Shown one piece after another: positions 1 through 36,153 of a stretch of 64,000 nt of DNA. The position numbers and the translations under genes are program-made. The notes beneath the pieces were generated by a model. That model was not told where the DNA came from. It worked only from the letters and a program-made list of their open reading frames with translations, and made no database searches. How positions within the stretch are numbered: position 1 is the first letter of the stretch; each line of letters opens with the position of its first letter. This stretch comes from Macrostomum lignano (taxonomy: Eukaryota): positions 360,324-424,323 of the forward strand of contig NIVC01000867.1 in NCBI GenBank assembly GCA_002269645.1, read 5' to 3'.

Positions 1-660
1 CTGTATCTTCTCTCATCTCAGCCTGTATCTTCTCTCATCTCAGCCTGTATCTTCTCTCATCTCAGCCTGTATCTTCTCTTATCTCAGTCTGTCTCTTCTG
101 TCATCTCAGCCTGTATCTTCTCTTATCTCAGCCTGTATCTTCTCTTATCTCAGCCTGTATCTTCTCTTATCTCAGCCTGTATCTTCTCTCATCTCAGCCT
201 GTATCTTCTCTCATCTCAGCCTGTATCTTCTCTCATCTCAGCCTGTATCTTCTCTTATCTCAGTCTGTCTCTTCTGTCATCTCAGCCTGTATCTTCTCTT
301 ATCTCAGCCTGTATCTTCTCTTTATCTCTGTCATCTCTTCTTATCTCAGCCTGTCTCTTCTGTCATCTCAGCCTGTATCTTCTCTTATCTCAGCCTGTAT
401 CTTCTCTTATCTCAGCCTGTATCTTCTCTCATCTCAGCCTGTATCTTCTCTCATCTCAGCCTGTATCTTCTCTTATCTCAGCCTGTATCTTCTCTCATCT
501 CAGCCTGTATCTTCTCTCATCTCAGCCTGTATCTTCTCTTATCTCAGCCTGTATCTTCTCTCATCTCAGCCTGTATCTTCTCTTATCACAGCCTGTATCT
601 TCTCTTTATCTCTGTCCATCTCTTCTTATCTCAGCCTGTCTCTTCTCTCATCTCACCCGG
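1..660. repeat. 22-bp minisatellite (CTCAGCCTGTATCTTCTCTCAT)n, WDR6 intron
   Basis: Direct reading of tandem copies. Confidence 0.95.
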
Positions 661-814
661 TCTCATCTCTTATCTTAGCTTGTCTCTTCTCTTTTCTTTA
701 CCTTAATCTTTTCTTCTTATCTCTTACTAAGCTGTCTCTTGCTAAATGTACACTCCTAAAGTCACATGGATAGTTTATTGCCCTTATCTATATCGCATGT
801 ACCTATCATTCCAG

Positions 815-25051
<24,237 letters not shown>

Positions 25052-25055
25052 TTGG

Positions 25056-25290
25056 CGATATGTATCGAAAAGTAACTTTTTTAATTGTTTAAATCAATGG
25101 CCTTCTATGCGTAGAGTAAATGAGTCAATCCATCCGATATGTATCGAAATGTAACTTTGATAATTGTCGAAATACATTACCTTCTGTGCGTAGAGTAAAT
25201 GAGTCAATCCATTGACAACTTTGTTAATTGTCTAATTGCATTAACTTCTGTGGGTAGGTTAAATGAGTCAGCATCCGATATGTATTAATA
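25056..25290. repeat. Degenerate ~80-bp repeat (about 3 copies) at the start of the WDR6 3' UTR
   Basis: Recurring CCGATATGTATCGAAA.GTAACTTT and CTTCTRTGCGTAGAGTAAATGAGTCAATCCAT. Confidence 0.7.
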
Positions 25291-26411
25291 ATATCAGTTA
25301 AATTCTCGAAGGCATTTTCGTTTCCAAGTAAATTTGACTATCGATTTGTAAAGTTAAAATACATTAGGTAACTTAGGACTTGCCTGTATGAATCAACTGC
25401 CGATATGTTGTGTAAATTACTTTGTCAAACGTATTTTAATTGCATTTTACCTAATACATGTATTTATCAGCTGAAGCTGCGTATAAGACAGAACTAAATT
25501 ATACCTGTTTAAAGAATTAAATGCAAATAATCAGAAAGTCAATTTTTGTTAATGTCATATCGAACTCTACCAAAGCCAATGACGGTTTGCCTATAATGAC
25601 AAAGCATTTAAGCGCACAAATAAGTCTTGTAAATATATTTATTTGTTACTATTATTATGTAAAGTAAATAATAATTCTACAAACATGATATACAAGCACT
25701 ACGATTGATGCGTACTGATGTTGGGATGGGTGCACCCTGCTCAAAAAACCGAGTGCACTCAAGCGATGGAATTTATCACAGACGATTAGGTCTACAATTT
25801 TGTGTACGTGTTAAGCCATTGTTTTGTTTTAAGCTGAACAATAAAGTTAGCAAATAAAGTTAATATATAGTTTGTTTAAAGAATAAAAATTACAAGAATA
25901 GTTGAAGCCAAAAAGCAATTTAAAGCCATGTTGTGCAGTTACACTAGCATAGTATAAATCAAACGAATCGAATGAAATTTCCTTTGAAAAAAAAGACTGA
26001 CAGCAAGCATAAATTAAAAACGGTTACTTCGTTTTTGATTGTGCGTCAAGAGTCAAAATATTTACAGGAAGATTATAATTAATAATTATCATTCATTCTA
26101 TCAGGTCACGTCTCTTCCACGGAGACAAAAACTTGTCATCAACAATATTATTTACGGTTTTGAAAGCAAGCTGCAGGACCGAAAAAAGAACTGAAAAATG
26201 AACTTGCACTAGTTAGTTGATTCCGTGATGGTTGCTGGATAAAACCCTGTCAAAAAGGCATGACGTGAAATTTCTAGGAAAACTGCACGGGTTCAAAAAG
26301 TTTATGAGTCACTTTTGTTTGTTTTTTAAATCATTTTTTGCTACCATTTTCGAAAACGTGAATTCTAACGGCTTCGAGGTGCCTTTGAATAGCGTTATAA
26401 TTGTTAGCCCT

Positions 26412-26580
26412 AAGGTTGTAGCCTAGTGGTTAGAGCGTCGGACTCAAAACTGAAAGGTCGCGGGTTCGATTCTCCACTCACAGCTCGGAACAATTTGTAG
26501 TGTCCTTGAGTAAGACACTTAATTCTGAATTGTTTCAGTTGACCCAGCGGACAAATGAAATTCTGCCAGTTAACAGGTGA
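26412..26580 (+). mobile_element. tRNA-derived SINE with CORE-like central domain
   Basis: A box TAGTGGTTAGAGC, B box GGTTCGATTC, then GTGTCCTTGAGTAAGACACTTAATTC, which resembles the CORE domain of MIR-type SINEs (GTGACCTTGGGCAAGTCACTTAACC). Confidence 0.75.
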
Positions 26581-26708
26581 CAACTAACGGATGAAGTAGA
26601 TAATTTGATGGCCTACCAAATCACACTCAATTCTCAGCTGTTTGCTTGGGATCAGCTGACCTCCTCGAGTAAATTTTCGAATTTAGAATTCTCGAACGAA
26701 TTCCCAGG

Positions 26709-29700
26709 TTACATGGCATGCTCGGCCCCATTGTCCAGGTTGTGCCTCGCCCGCCGGGCATTCGCGTCGGAGCTGCGACGCCGCTGCAAGCGACCGGCAC
26801 TGGTGGCAGCGGAGGAGGCTTTGCGACTGTTTCCAGTCAGGCCGTACTGCTCTGCGTACTGCTCAGCCCTGAGTCGGTTGTTGATAGAGCGGCAGTGACA
26901 AAGCAGGATGTGCTTGAATGGCATGCGGAAGTCGCGATTAAACTTGGCGTAGATAATTGGGTTCAGAAACGAATTCACGTAGCCTGCGGGTAAAAGTTGG
27001 TGAAGGTAACTTCTAAGAAATCGGCCTTCAATTCTTCTAAGAAATTGGCTTCTACTGTTTCTAAGAAAACGGCCTTCAATGTTTTTAAGAAATCAGCCTT
27101 CAATACCGTCTAAGAAATCAGCCTTCAATATTTCTAAGAAATCGGCCTTCAATACCTAAGAAATCCGCCCTCAATGTTTTCAGAAGATCGGCCTTCAATA
27201 ATTATAAGAAATTAGTATTTAATACTACTAAGAAATTTGCCTTCAATTCTTCCAAGAAATCTGCCTTCAAATATTTTAAGAAATCGGACTTAAATACTTT
27301 TAAACGATCGGCCTTTAATAATTCTAAGAAATCAGCATTCCATACTTTAAAAAAATCGGCCTTATTGTTAGAAATCGGCTTTTTAACGCCTGTTAAAATC
27401 AGCCTCGGAAAGAGTAAAAGAATTGCAAAATAAAAGCGGATTTCGAGCCCCTATTCTGAGAAGAAGAAGGATAAGTACGTAATTTCCAGAAGGATTTTAC
27501 AACCGTTTATAAAGAAGTCAAAATTGTGATTTTTTGCGAATTCACACTGCGCCCGAGGTTCTTAGCTCAGCCATGGGTGATGCAGCTTAGGCTGGTGAGG
27601 AGAGACTGGAGAGAATTATAGGTAGAGTTGGATTAAAGCTGGCCACTTGTTGACCTCCTGGTTTCGAGATGGAAACCTTGAGTGTACATTTATTACATCC
27701 AGAAATACCGAAACGTCAGTTACGATTACAGGCGGGATCAGCTAGAGAGCCAAATGACAATAGGATGAAGAACTCAGCCTCCTTAAGAGCGCTAGCTGTC
27801 TAAATATTCGTTTTTTACACGCTTCATTAGCGGTTGTTGGGAGTTTAACCCCAGTTCATAACGGACATTATTAGCTATACTTGGCTTGGTCAGGCTGGTT
27901 GTAGTAGTTTAGTAGTAGACTACCTATTTAATACTCCATGACTGCCTTTGACGGGATTCCGTCTCTCCCCCCAGCCCCCTTGTAAGTCCTTGAGCTAGAA
28001 GCTTAAAAGCTGCATGTCTTCCCTAATCTAATGCATTTCTTCCCACGTAGTTTATGCACGATGGAACGTTCCGCTTTGGCGCATCGATCAGCTGCCTGAG
28101 AGCAGAGGCCGCTGCGGAACTTGCCTTAATTTTGTTAGAAACTGAGGCGTGCCATGCAGCTGCTGCTGGATCGGTGCTTCTCTCTCTCTTCCCAACTCAA
28201 AGTGTCTCATTGACTAGACAGGATAAGTTATCAGCCTGCCATCTGTTCAGGTTGGGTCCAAACATGATCAATAAATCATTCTATAGAGATACGAAGAGGG
28301 AGAGGGGAGAGACGAAGGGGGAGAGATGGAGGGGAGAGAGAAACGGGAAGGGAAAGGGGAGAAACGGAGGGGGAGAGGAGAGAGACGGAGGGGAGAAGGG
28401 AGAAGCGGAGGGAGAGAAGGGAGAAACGAAGGGGGAGAGGAGAGAGACGGAGGGGGAGAAGGGAGAAGCGGAGGGGGAGAGGAGAGAGACGGAGGGAGAG
28501 AAGGGAGAAACGGAGGATGAGAGGAGAGAGACGGAGGGGGAGAGGGGAGAGACGGAGGGAGAGAAGGGAGAAACGGAGGGGGAGAGGAGAGAGACGGAGG
28601 GGGAGAGGGGAGAGACGGAGGGAGAGAAGGGAGAAGCGGAGGGGGAGAGGAGAGAGACGGAGGGGGAGAGGGGAGAGACGGAGGGGAGAGGGGAGAGACG
28701 GAGGGAGAGAAGGGAGAAACGGAGGGGGAGAGGGGAGAGACGGAGGGGGGAGAAGAGAGAGACGGAGGGGGGAGGGGAGAGACGGAGGGGAAGAGAGAAA
28801 CGGGAAGGGAAAGGGGAGAAACGGAGGGGGAGAGGAGAGAGACGGAGGGGGAGAGGGGAGAGACGGAGGGAGAGAAGGGAGAAGCGGAGGGGGAGAGGAG
28901 AGAGACGGAGGGGGAGAGGGGAGAGACGGAGGGGGAGAGGGGAGAGACGGAGGGAGAGAAGGGAGAAACGGAGGGGGAGAGGGGAGAGACGGAGGGGGGA
29001 GAAGAGAGAGACGGAGGGGGGAGGGAGAGACGGAGGGGAAGAGAGAAACGGGAAGGGAAAGGGGAGAAACGGAGGGGGAGAGGAGAGAGACGGAGGGGAA
29101 GAGGGGAGAGACGGAGGGGGGAGAAGAGAGAAACGGAAGGGAAAAGGGAGAAGCGGAGGGGGAGAGGGGAGAAACGGAGAGTGATGGGAGAGACGTATAT
29201 GGAGGAGGTAGACGGATAGACTATTATTATTGAAATCCAATGATCAAAAGTGAGCTGCTGAAAACTAATAAAATGCCATCAAACAAAAGCTACGGCAACA
29301 TTAAAAAGGCATGACGCAGAAACCCGGCCCCAATCTGTTGAGTTGCAAACCGAACAGACTGCTGCCAGCCTCATGGTGCATTGAAAATGAGTGCCTCGGG
29401 GGGGGGGGATTTGTTACTCCAGATTCTGGTTCAAGGCCGCCTTAGTCGGGGCACGCATCCAGTGCAGACGCAGATGCGTCGCAGCTGCTGCCCCAGAAGA
29501 AGGTTAGATTGCGTGGATGGATTCAAACTGTCAACACGTGTTGACAACTCTAAGGTTAGGGGATGATGGACGTTGCGTGCAGTGCGAGAGACAGTCAGTG
29601 TGGTACGCCGGGAGAGAAATTCTTTTTTAACATCCTGCTGACGGGAGCGCACAAGTGCAATGAAGAATTGTACAAAATGGATTTCTCTAGCTCGAGGCAC

Positions 29701-32700
29701 CACACAGGTGCTACCGCGACAAGAATTCCATTAATTTCGACTTCTATAATCGATGCCTTAGTAAGGTTGTGACTTCGTGAAACTGGATATGTTTGCTGAG
29801 TTTCACGAGCACCAGGACGCGATTCAGGGAACCCATGAAGCACTTCAACTTGTGGTAACGACGTCGCTAATTGGGGTTGTTATTAACTTATCGCTTAACG
29901 CTCTTTTTTGTTAAACATTGGGTCAAACTTAAAATAAATAAACTAATAATTTATCTTTGCACTGTATTTATGAAATGATAGAATTTTTCTATTCATCTTA
30001 TGCGTTTAAAGGCACTTGTTTGAGTGTCTATTCAAACAAAGTATTACGTCACAGCTCTGTAGTGCGAGTTGATACGTAATCGAGGTGGGTAATATGGGTA
30101 ATTAGGTAATTAATTTGCATTATTAAATATTTTCTCGCAATAAATAGTTATTTTAGGACAATATTGTTACAGAGAAATTCACTGGCAAGTACGGGTGTAC
30201 GGGAATTATTACCACAAAGTAGAAAAAAATCTGTTGAAGAACGCTATCTTTAAGTCATTGAATTTCCTAAACTACACTAATGAAATATTTTTTTTATTTT
30301 TTTAAAGTTGGCCGGATCATTCAATTCTAAGCTACCATGAAGTCTCCCAAAACGTTTTAACGTGTTATTTAGCTGTAGAAATGGGGATTATCTGAACAAG
30401 CAAAGCCAAATTACAAAGCTGAGTAACTTTGCTTTGACATTTTTTAACTTCAGACAAAGTGAGACAGAGATAGAAAGCAGTGAATTTGTTTTAACTGACT
30501 TTTTAAACGTAAAGTTCTAACAGCTTTATTCGATCTTTGAAATATGGCTTATATTTAACCGGTTTCCATGGAGTCGATAAAGAGTTTATTCTTGTTGAAA
30601 ACCATTTTGCAGTAGGCTAAAGTAATATTTATATAAAAAGTAAATAAACTAAATAATCGAATGTATTTTTTTTATTAGAGGCAGGGGGTTGTGTGCACCC
30701 TGGCGCACTTTAAGCGACATAGGCACACAACCGGCGAGAGGCATTACTGCCCATTCCGCCGACTCCCCTGAGCAGGCATACAAGCGCGCGGATACGTACG
30801 CAGGCACACACTCACACAGGAGTGTACAGCGGCCCTAACTTTATATTATCGTTAGGCATGTACACTTCACTGCGCCTTGGGAGGTTGGCTCTCAAGGCCG
30901 TTAATTGCACGAGCAGAGCCAAGCCGAGATTCCAATTCAGCCCCAAATTAATGTGACTGCACTTGGAATCGAGCTTGGGTCGCTGGCACACCAGAGCAGC
31001 TGCGCTACCGCTGGGCTACGGCCCCCCTTTATAATAATAATAATCGAATGTAAGTTTTGTTCTGTATTTATATTTTTTCCATACAACAGACTTTTCTTGA
31101 GCCAGCATTTTCTAGGAAAACCGGTTCAATCATCCGCGACTGTTTAACTGTATTATTGTATATACTGTTAAGATTAGATGGGAGAAATTTGGGTGGCTGG
31201 ACTGGAAGATTATTGCGTCGGGAAACGAGAGAAGGGAAACGTTGGGGTGGCTAAAGAATCCACTTTTATATTAGCTGAGGGTATATAGTGAGTGGCAGTA
31301 GGAGCCACTTCAATATATGCATATACTACGGGTATGCGCATAGCAAGAGGAAGTCCTTATATATATTCTACTATTTTTTCACTAGTTCGACCATCACTGT
31401 TTGATGCATGCCTGTGGGGAAAAATCAATAAAGATGCTCATCATTATTTATGGACGTCATTTTCTCCATGCACAGACTTTCTAGCTATTATTAGTGTGTC
31501 TGCCGGGCTGTCTGAATCACTCTGTATTGATTTGCACTCTATCCACTCACGCAGTAAGACAGATCGCATTCATTAGTGGCCTACCTAAAACGGAATTTTT
31601 TGTTCGCAAAAAATCAATAATTTTTTACGATTGCACTCAAATTTTGAAATATTTTCATTGGAGTTCATTAGTTAATTGTAACTCTTAACTTTTGCCTATT
31701 AATCAGCTTTATCCAGGAATTTGACATTCTCTCTCATTAACCTTCATATCTTCTTGAAGCCCGTGTGACCTTTCATTTTTTGCATGCCCTGAGCTCATCT
31801 TATCCTGTCTCTTTCTCTACCTATCTCTCTCTCTCTCTCTCTCTCCCTCTCTCTCTCTCTCTCTGCTTCTCAGTCTCTCTCTCCCTCAGTCTTTCCCTCG
31901 CCGTCTCAGTCTCTCACTCTCCCTCTCATTCTCTCCCTCTCACTCTCTCACTGAGTCTCTTCCTCTCCCTCCTACCCTCTCCATCTCAGTCTCTTCCTCT
32001 CCCTCCCACCCTCTCCATCTCAGTCTCTCCCTCTCCCTCTCATTCTCTCCCTCTCACTCTCTCACTGAGTCTCTTCCTCTCCCTCCTACCCTCTCCATCT
32101 CAGTCTCTTCCTCTCCCTCCCACCCTCTCCATCTCAGTCTCTCCCTCTCCCTCTCATTCTCTCCCTCTCACTCTCTCACTGAGTCTCTTCCTCTCCCTCT
32201 CAGTCTCTTCCTCTCCCTCCCACCCTCTCCATCTCCGTCTCTTCCTCTCCCTCCTACCCTCTCCATCTCCGTCTCTTCCTCTCCCTCCTACCCTCTCCAT
32301 CTCAGTCTCTTCCTCTCCCTCCTACCCTCTCCATCTCAGTCTCTTCCTCTCCCTCCTACCCTCTCCATCTCAGTCTCTTCCTCTCCCTCCTACCCTCTCC
32401 ATCTCCGTCTCTTCCTCTCCCTCCTACCCTCTCCATCTCAGTCTCTTCCTCTCCCTCCTACCCTCTCCATCTCCGTCTCTTCCTCTCCCTCCTACCCTCT
32501 CCATCTCAGTCTCTTCCTCTCCCTCCCACCCTCTCCATCTCCGTCTCTTCCTCTCCCTCCTACCCTCTCCATCTCCGTCTCTTCCTCTCCCTCCTACCCT
32601 CTCCATCTCAGTCTCTTCCTCTCCCTCCTACCCTCTCCATCTCAGTCTCTTCCTCTCCCTCCTACCCTCTCCATCTCCGTCTCTTCCTCTCCCTCCTACC

Positions 32701-35700
32701 CTCTCCATCTCAGTCTCTTCCTCTCCCTCCTACCCTCTCCATCTCAGTCTCTTCCTCTCCCTCCTACCCTCTCCATCTCCGTCTCTTCCTCTCCCTCCTA
32801 CCCTCTCCATCTCAGTCTCTTCCTCTCCCTCCCACCCTCTCCCTCTCAGTCTCTTCCTCTCCCTCTCACTGTCTCGCTCTCCCTCTCAGTCTCTCTCTCT
32901 GCGTCTTACTCTATCCCTCTCCCTCTCGGTCTCTCCCTTTCCCTCCCCATCTATCCCTCTCACTCTCTCTCTCTCTTTTCTACTCTCCCCTCTTTTTGAA
33001 CCTTATTTTTACAAAGCAGCTTTCACCTCCCACCGTCACAAAATCTGTCAACAAAGTTTACAATTCACGCCTTCTTTCTTATTTGCTTTAGCCACCCTGT
33101 AGAAAACGCGCCTGAGTCGCTCTCCTCGGTGCAAACAATTTTAATCTTCATTATGGCAACTAACACTTCTCATGCATGCGTGGAGCACAAGGGCCTGTTT
33201 GTATTAATGCTTGTATTATAACTAGATTTCAGTCTGTTGTAGGCTGTAAAACTGACAGTTCGTGTCTAAATGCCCTGTTTGAACTTGATAGTTCAGCCTA
33301 CATGCTTTATTACTAATATTACAAGTAATGTGCTACTATAAAACAGTGGACCGAATCGACCGATCAACACGTCGTACTTGTCTTGTAGAGCAGCCAACAA
33401 AAGCGGAAACGTGATGCAGAGAGGGCTCCCACAGTCAAGCTGGATGCATTGAATCAGTTCGCTTTTTTGTATTCTCAGCCTGCCAGCCCACCAGAGCCCC
33501 AGGAAACCAAACACACGATTGAAACTCTTTCGCTTATTGTCGACCAAGCAAACAGTTTCCAAGCTGCAGTACACGCAGATCTTCATTGCTGCATGTAAAT
33601 CCAGTTGCAATTCATCCGTCTAAAGGAAATTTTTCTTAAGCAAACTATATCTGTCAGTGTGCTCAACTGGCTTGGCAAATTCGACTGGAATCTTGTTGTC
33701 TTCCTATCTTCTTCCTCTTTCTTTAGCAAGTATGCTGACATCAAGTCTGGGCTTTTGTTAAGCTACAGCTTTCCTCCCGGATGAGATGCTGTCGAAATTG
33801 GTTTGGAAATGAAATTAGAAATTTATCGTCAAAGAAGATTGCCTAGCTGCTGCGTCAACGGTTGTAAAAGGTGCTTTATGAAATCGAATAATTGAATGCT
33901 TTGTGGTGATGGGCACTTCTGAATTTGGCTGCCGCATATATAGTTCGACTGTTAGGCATTACATTGTGTTGGGGGTGCTCGGGTTTCCATTTTTTCCGGG
34001 TTCCGGGTTTACCCCAAACCCGAAACACTGATCCCCGAAGCCCGACCCGACCATAAACCCCGAACACACCCCTACAAATTGTGTACACGCTTACCAAGCC
34101 ATAAGAATATGGCAAACATGTGCTCGTTGATGTACATCGGTTCCGGTACGTCGAGCTTGTTCACCGCGGCGTGGATGGGTTTGTACAGAGCTCCCACCAG
34201 CTGAAATGGAGGAATGAATGCTGCTGATTTACGTAAAAATTACAGTGCGAATAAAGCTTCCTAACCACTTGAGTTCATTTAAAATTGGCACCTTAGCATC
34301 TCAGCGAGTGATGTGCTTACACGTAAGTCGCTATTGGTGTCAGAGGGATGTCTGAAACATCAAGTTTATTGTCAGGCATCACAAAGTCTGACAAATTGGG
34401 TACTATTGGTACAGTTCCCAGTCTGTGTAGAGCTGTACATTCGATAGTTTTATGAAATATTTGCAGCTTGCAATGCTGAACTCGCTGTCAACCAGTTCGA
34501 GTGACTGTATGCACAGCATCCATATATGCCAGACAATGATTGTTGGACACAAACGAGTATTTTCTGTAATTTTGTCCAAACACACCCAATAGTTGCCAGG
34601 CCACCCAGCAGTTACAAGCGTTGCGTTTTGACTCTTGGAGCTAAATTTAGCCTGAACAGCCAATATGTATGTATATATACATATATATATACATATTATA
34701 TACAATACATTGCCTATATGTGCAGATAGATGGATTGGGTGGGAGGGTCGTGCAGTGTGGCTTGTTTGGGTAAACTCTCTCTCTCTCTCGTTCAAGCCTA
34801 GAGGGGGCATAGACGTGATGTGGATGGAGACAGAGCGGGGCTTGGCATGAGAGAGAAATTAGTGGAAAGAAGCACATAAAGGGGGGAAGGCAGTGCAAAA
34901 GTTAACTGTACATTTAGCAACCTGTTAGTGTGTTTTTAGTCTTGCATAAATGCCAACACAATTGTTGAGGCAAGATTTCTGTTGACACCAACGTAGCTAT
35001 TAAAGTTGACGTTGATTTGTATGCTTCAAAATGATTGATTTATGAGGTCAAACCGGTGCAATTTAGGTTCAAACAGTAAAGTTTATTTATTATTGAAATT
35101 CATCTTTCCAATCTCACAATCAGACTGACAGACAACTTGACCAGTATAGCCCGACCCCAGCCTCACCTGCATGATGAAGAACGGCAACCAGCAGAGCGTA
35201 AAACAGCCCATAATCACTCCGAGAGTTTTGATCGCCTTGGTGTCGCTGCTGCTTTTCTTTTTGGCAGCGACTGCGGAATTTGCGCCACCGCTCCGACTGG
35301 TGCCGCCACTCTGCACCGAAGGTCGCGCGCCGCCAACGCCGCCATTGTTGTTAGGCGCCAACTGTTCGTCAATTAAATTCTTGTCCTCCTGGCGTAGGTG
35401 TACCACTTTCTGCTTCTCGTCGGCTTTGGCCATTTTTCTGGCAAGCTTAAATATATTACCGTAGAGAACTAGCATGATGATCAGGGGCAGGTAGAAAGCG
35501 ACAAACACGGCGTAGACTTGATACTCCGTGTTCGTTGGATAGCCGCAATGACCCTCGCTGAATTTGTTTTTCCAACTGGAGAATAGAGGCGGTATGCTGA
35601 TGCAGGCGCTCAGCAGCCAAACTGCCGCGATCATTAATCCCATTCGAACTGGAGTTCGTTTGACGGCGTACTCAAACGGCTTGGTTATGACTAGGTAACG

Positions 35701-36153
35701 GTCGATGGATATAGCGCACAGGTTCAGTATGCTGCTAGTGCACAATAGCACGTCGCATGAAGTCCAAAAATTGCAAATCTCCTCTGGGAAAGGAAAGTAG
35801 TTCATCAGCTGGTAGATGATGGCAAACGGTAGTACTAATAGACCGACTAGCAGATCACTGCATGCCAAGCTAACAATCAGCAGATTAGATGGATTCTGCA
35901 GCTTTTTGACCAGCGCAACGGCCATCACTACCAGCACGTTACCGAAGAAGGTGCCGCAAGCAATTATTGACAGGATGAAGCCAAGCAGAACTTTGCTGCC
36001 AAGATTGTAATTACAGGAGGGCAACAAATCGATGCATTGCTGACTCATATTACCCAAACTGATTGCCTCTTGCTTGAATAGCGTTATCTCAAAGCTAGTG
36101 CAATTGCAGGGCACATTCGGCGGCAGCTTTTCCCAATCTAGCGGCGCCGACAT
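26709..36153 (-). CDS. Serotonin receptor, 5-HT7-like class A aminergic GPCR (455 aa, 3 exons)
   Basis: Exons 36153-35167, 34200-34095 ([10 protein letters not shown]...MFAIFLWLG, found by reading the intron) and 26983-26709; 1368 nt, phases consistent. Motifs: GNVLV, LACSD, TM3 Asp ([21 protein letters not shown]), [33 protein letters not shown] and [12 protein letters not shown]...EQYG resemble invertebrate 5-HT7 receptors. An in-frame stop lies upstream of the ATG at 36153. Confidence 0.88.
27010..27380. repeat. Degenerate ~24-bp minisatellite (CTAAGAAATCGGCCTTCAATATT-like)
   Basis: Direct reading; abuts the last acceptor site of the GPCR gene. Confidence 0.85.
28285..29200. repeat. Purine-rich minisatellite (GGAGGGGGAGAGGGGAGAGAC-like) with higher-order duplication
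   Basis: Direct reading; GPCR intron. Confidence 0.92.
30940..31026 (-). mobile_element. Degenerate tRNA-derived SINE head
   Basis: Minus strand reads GGGGCCGTAGCCCAGCGGTAGCGC (A box) ... AGCTCGATTCC (B box). Confidence 0.5.
31815..32985. repeat. Pyrimidine-rich minisatellite (CTCTCCATCTCMGTCTCTTCCTCTCCCTCCTACC, ~34 bp)
   Basis: Direct reading; GPCR intron. Confidence 0.92.

Noticed and set aside
25500-26700. Overlapping convergent 3' UTRs of WDR6 and the GPCR
   Set aside because: AATAAA/TTTATT hexamers are common in this AT-rich DNA, so transcript ends cannot be placed without RNA data.
29380-29870. Short ORFs in the GPCR intron, and similar ones at 39377-39725
   Set aside because: No recognisable domain or consistent splice chain; lengths are compatible with chance.
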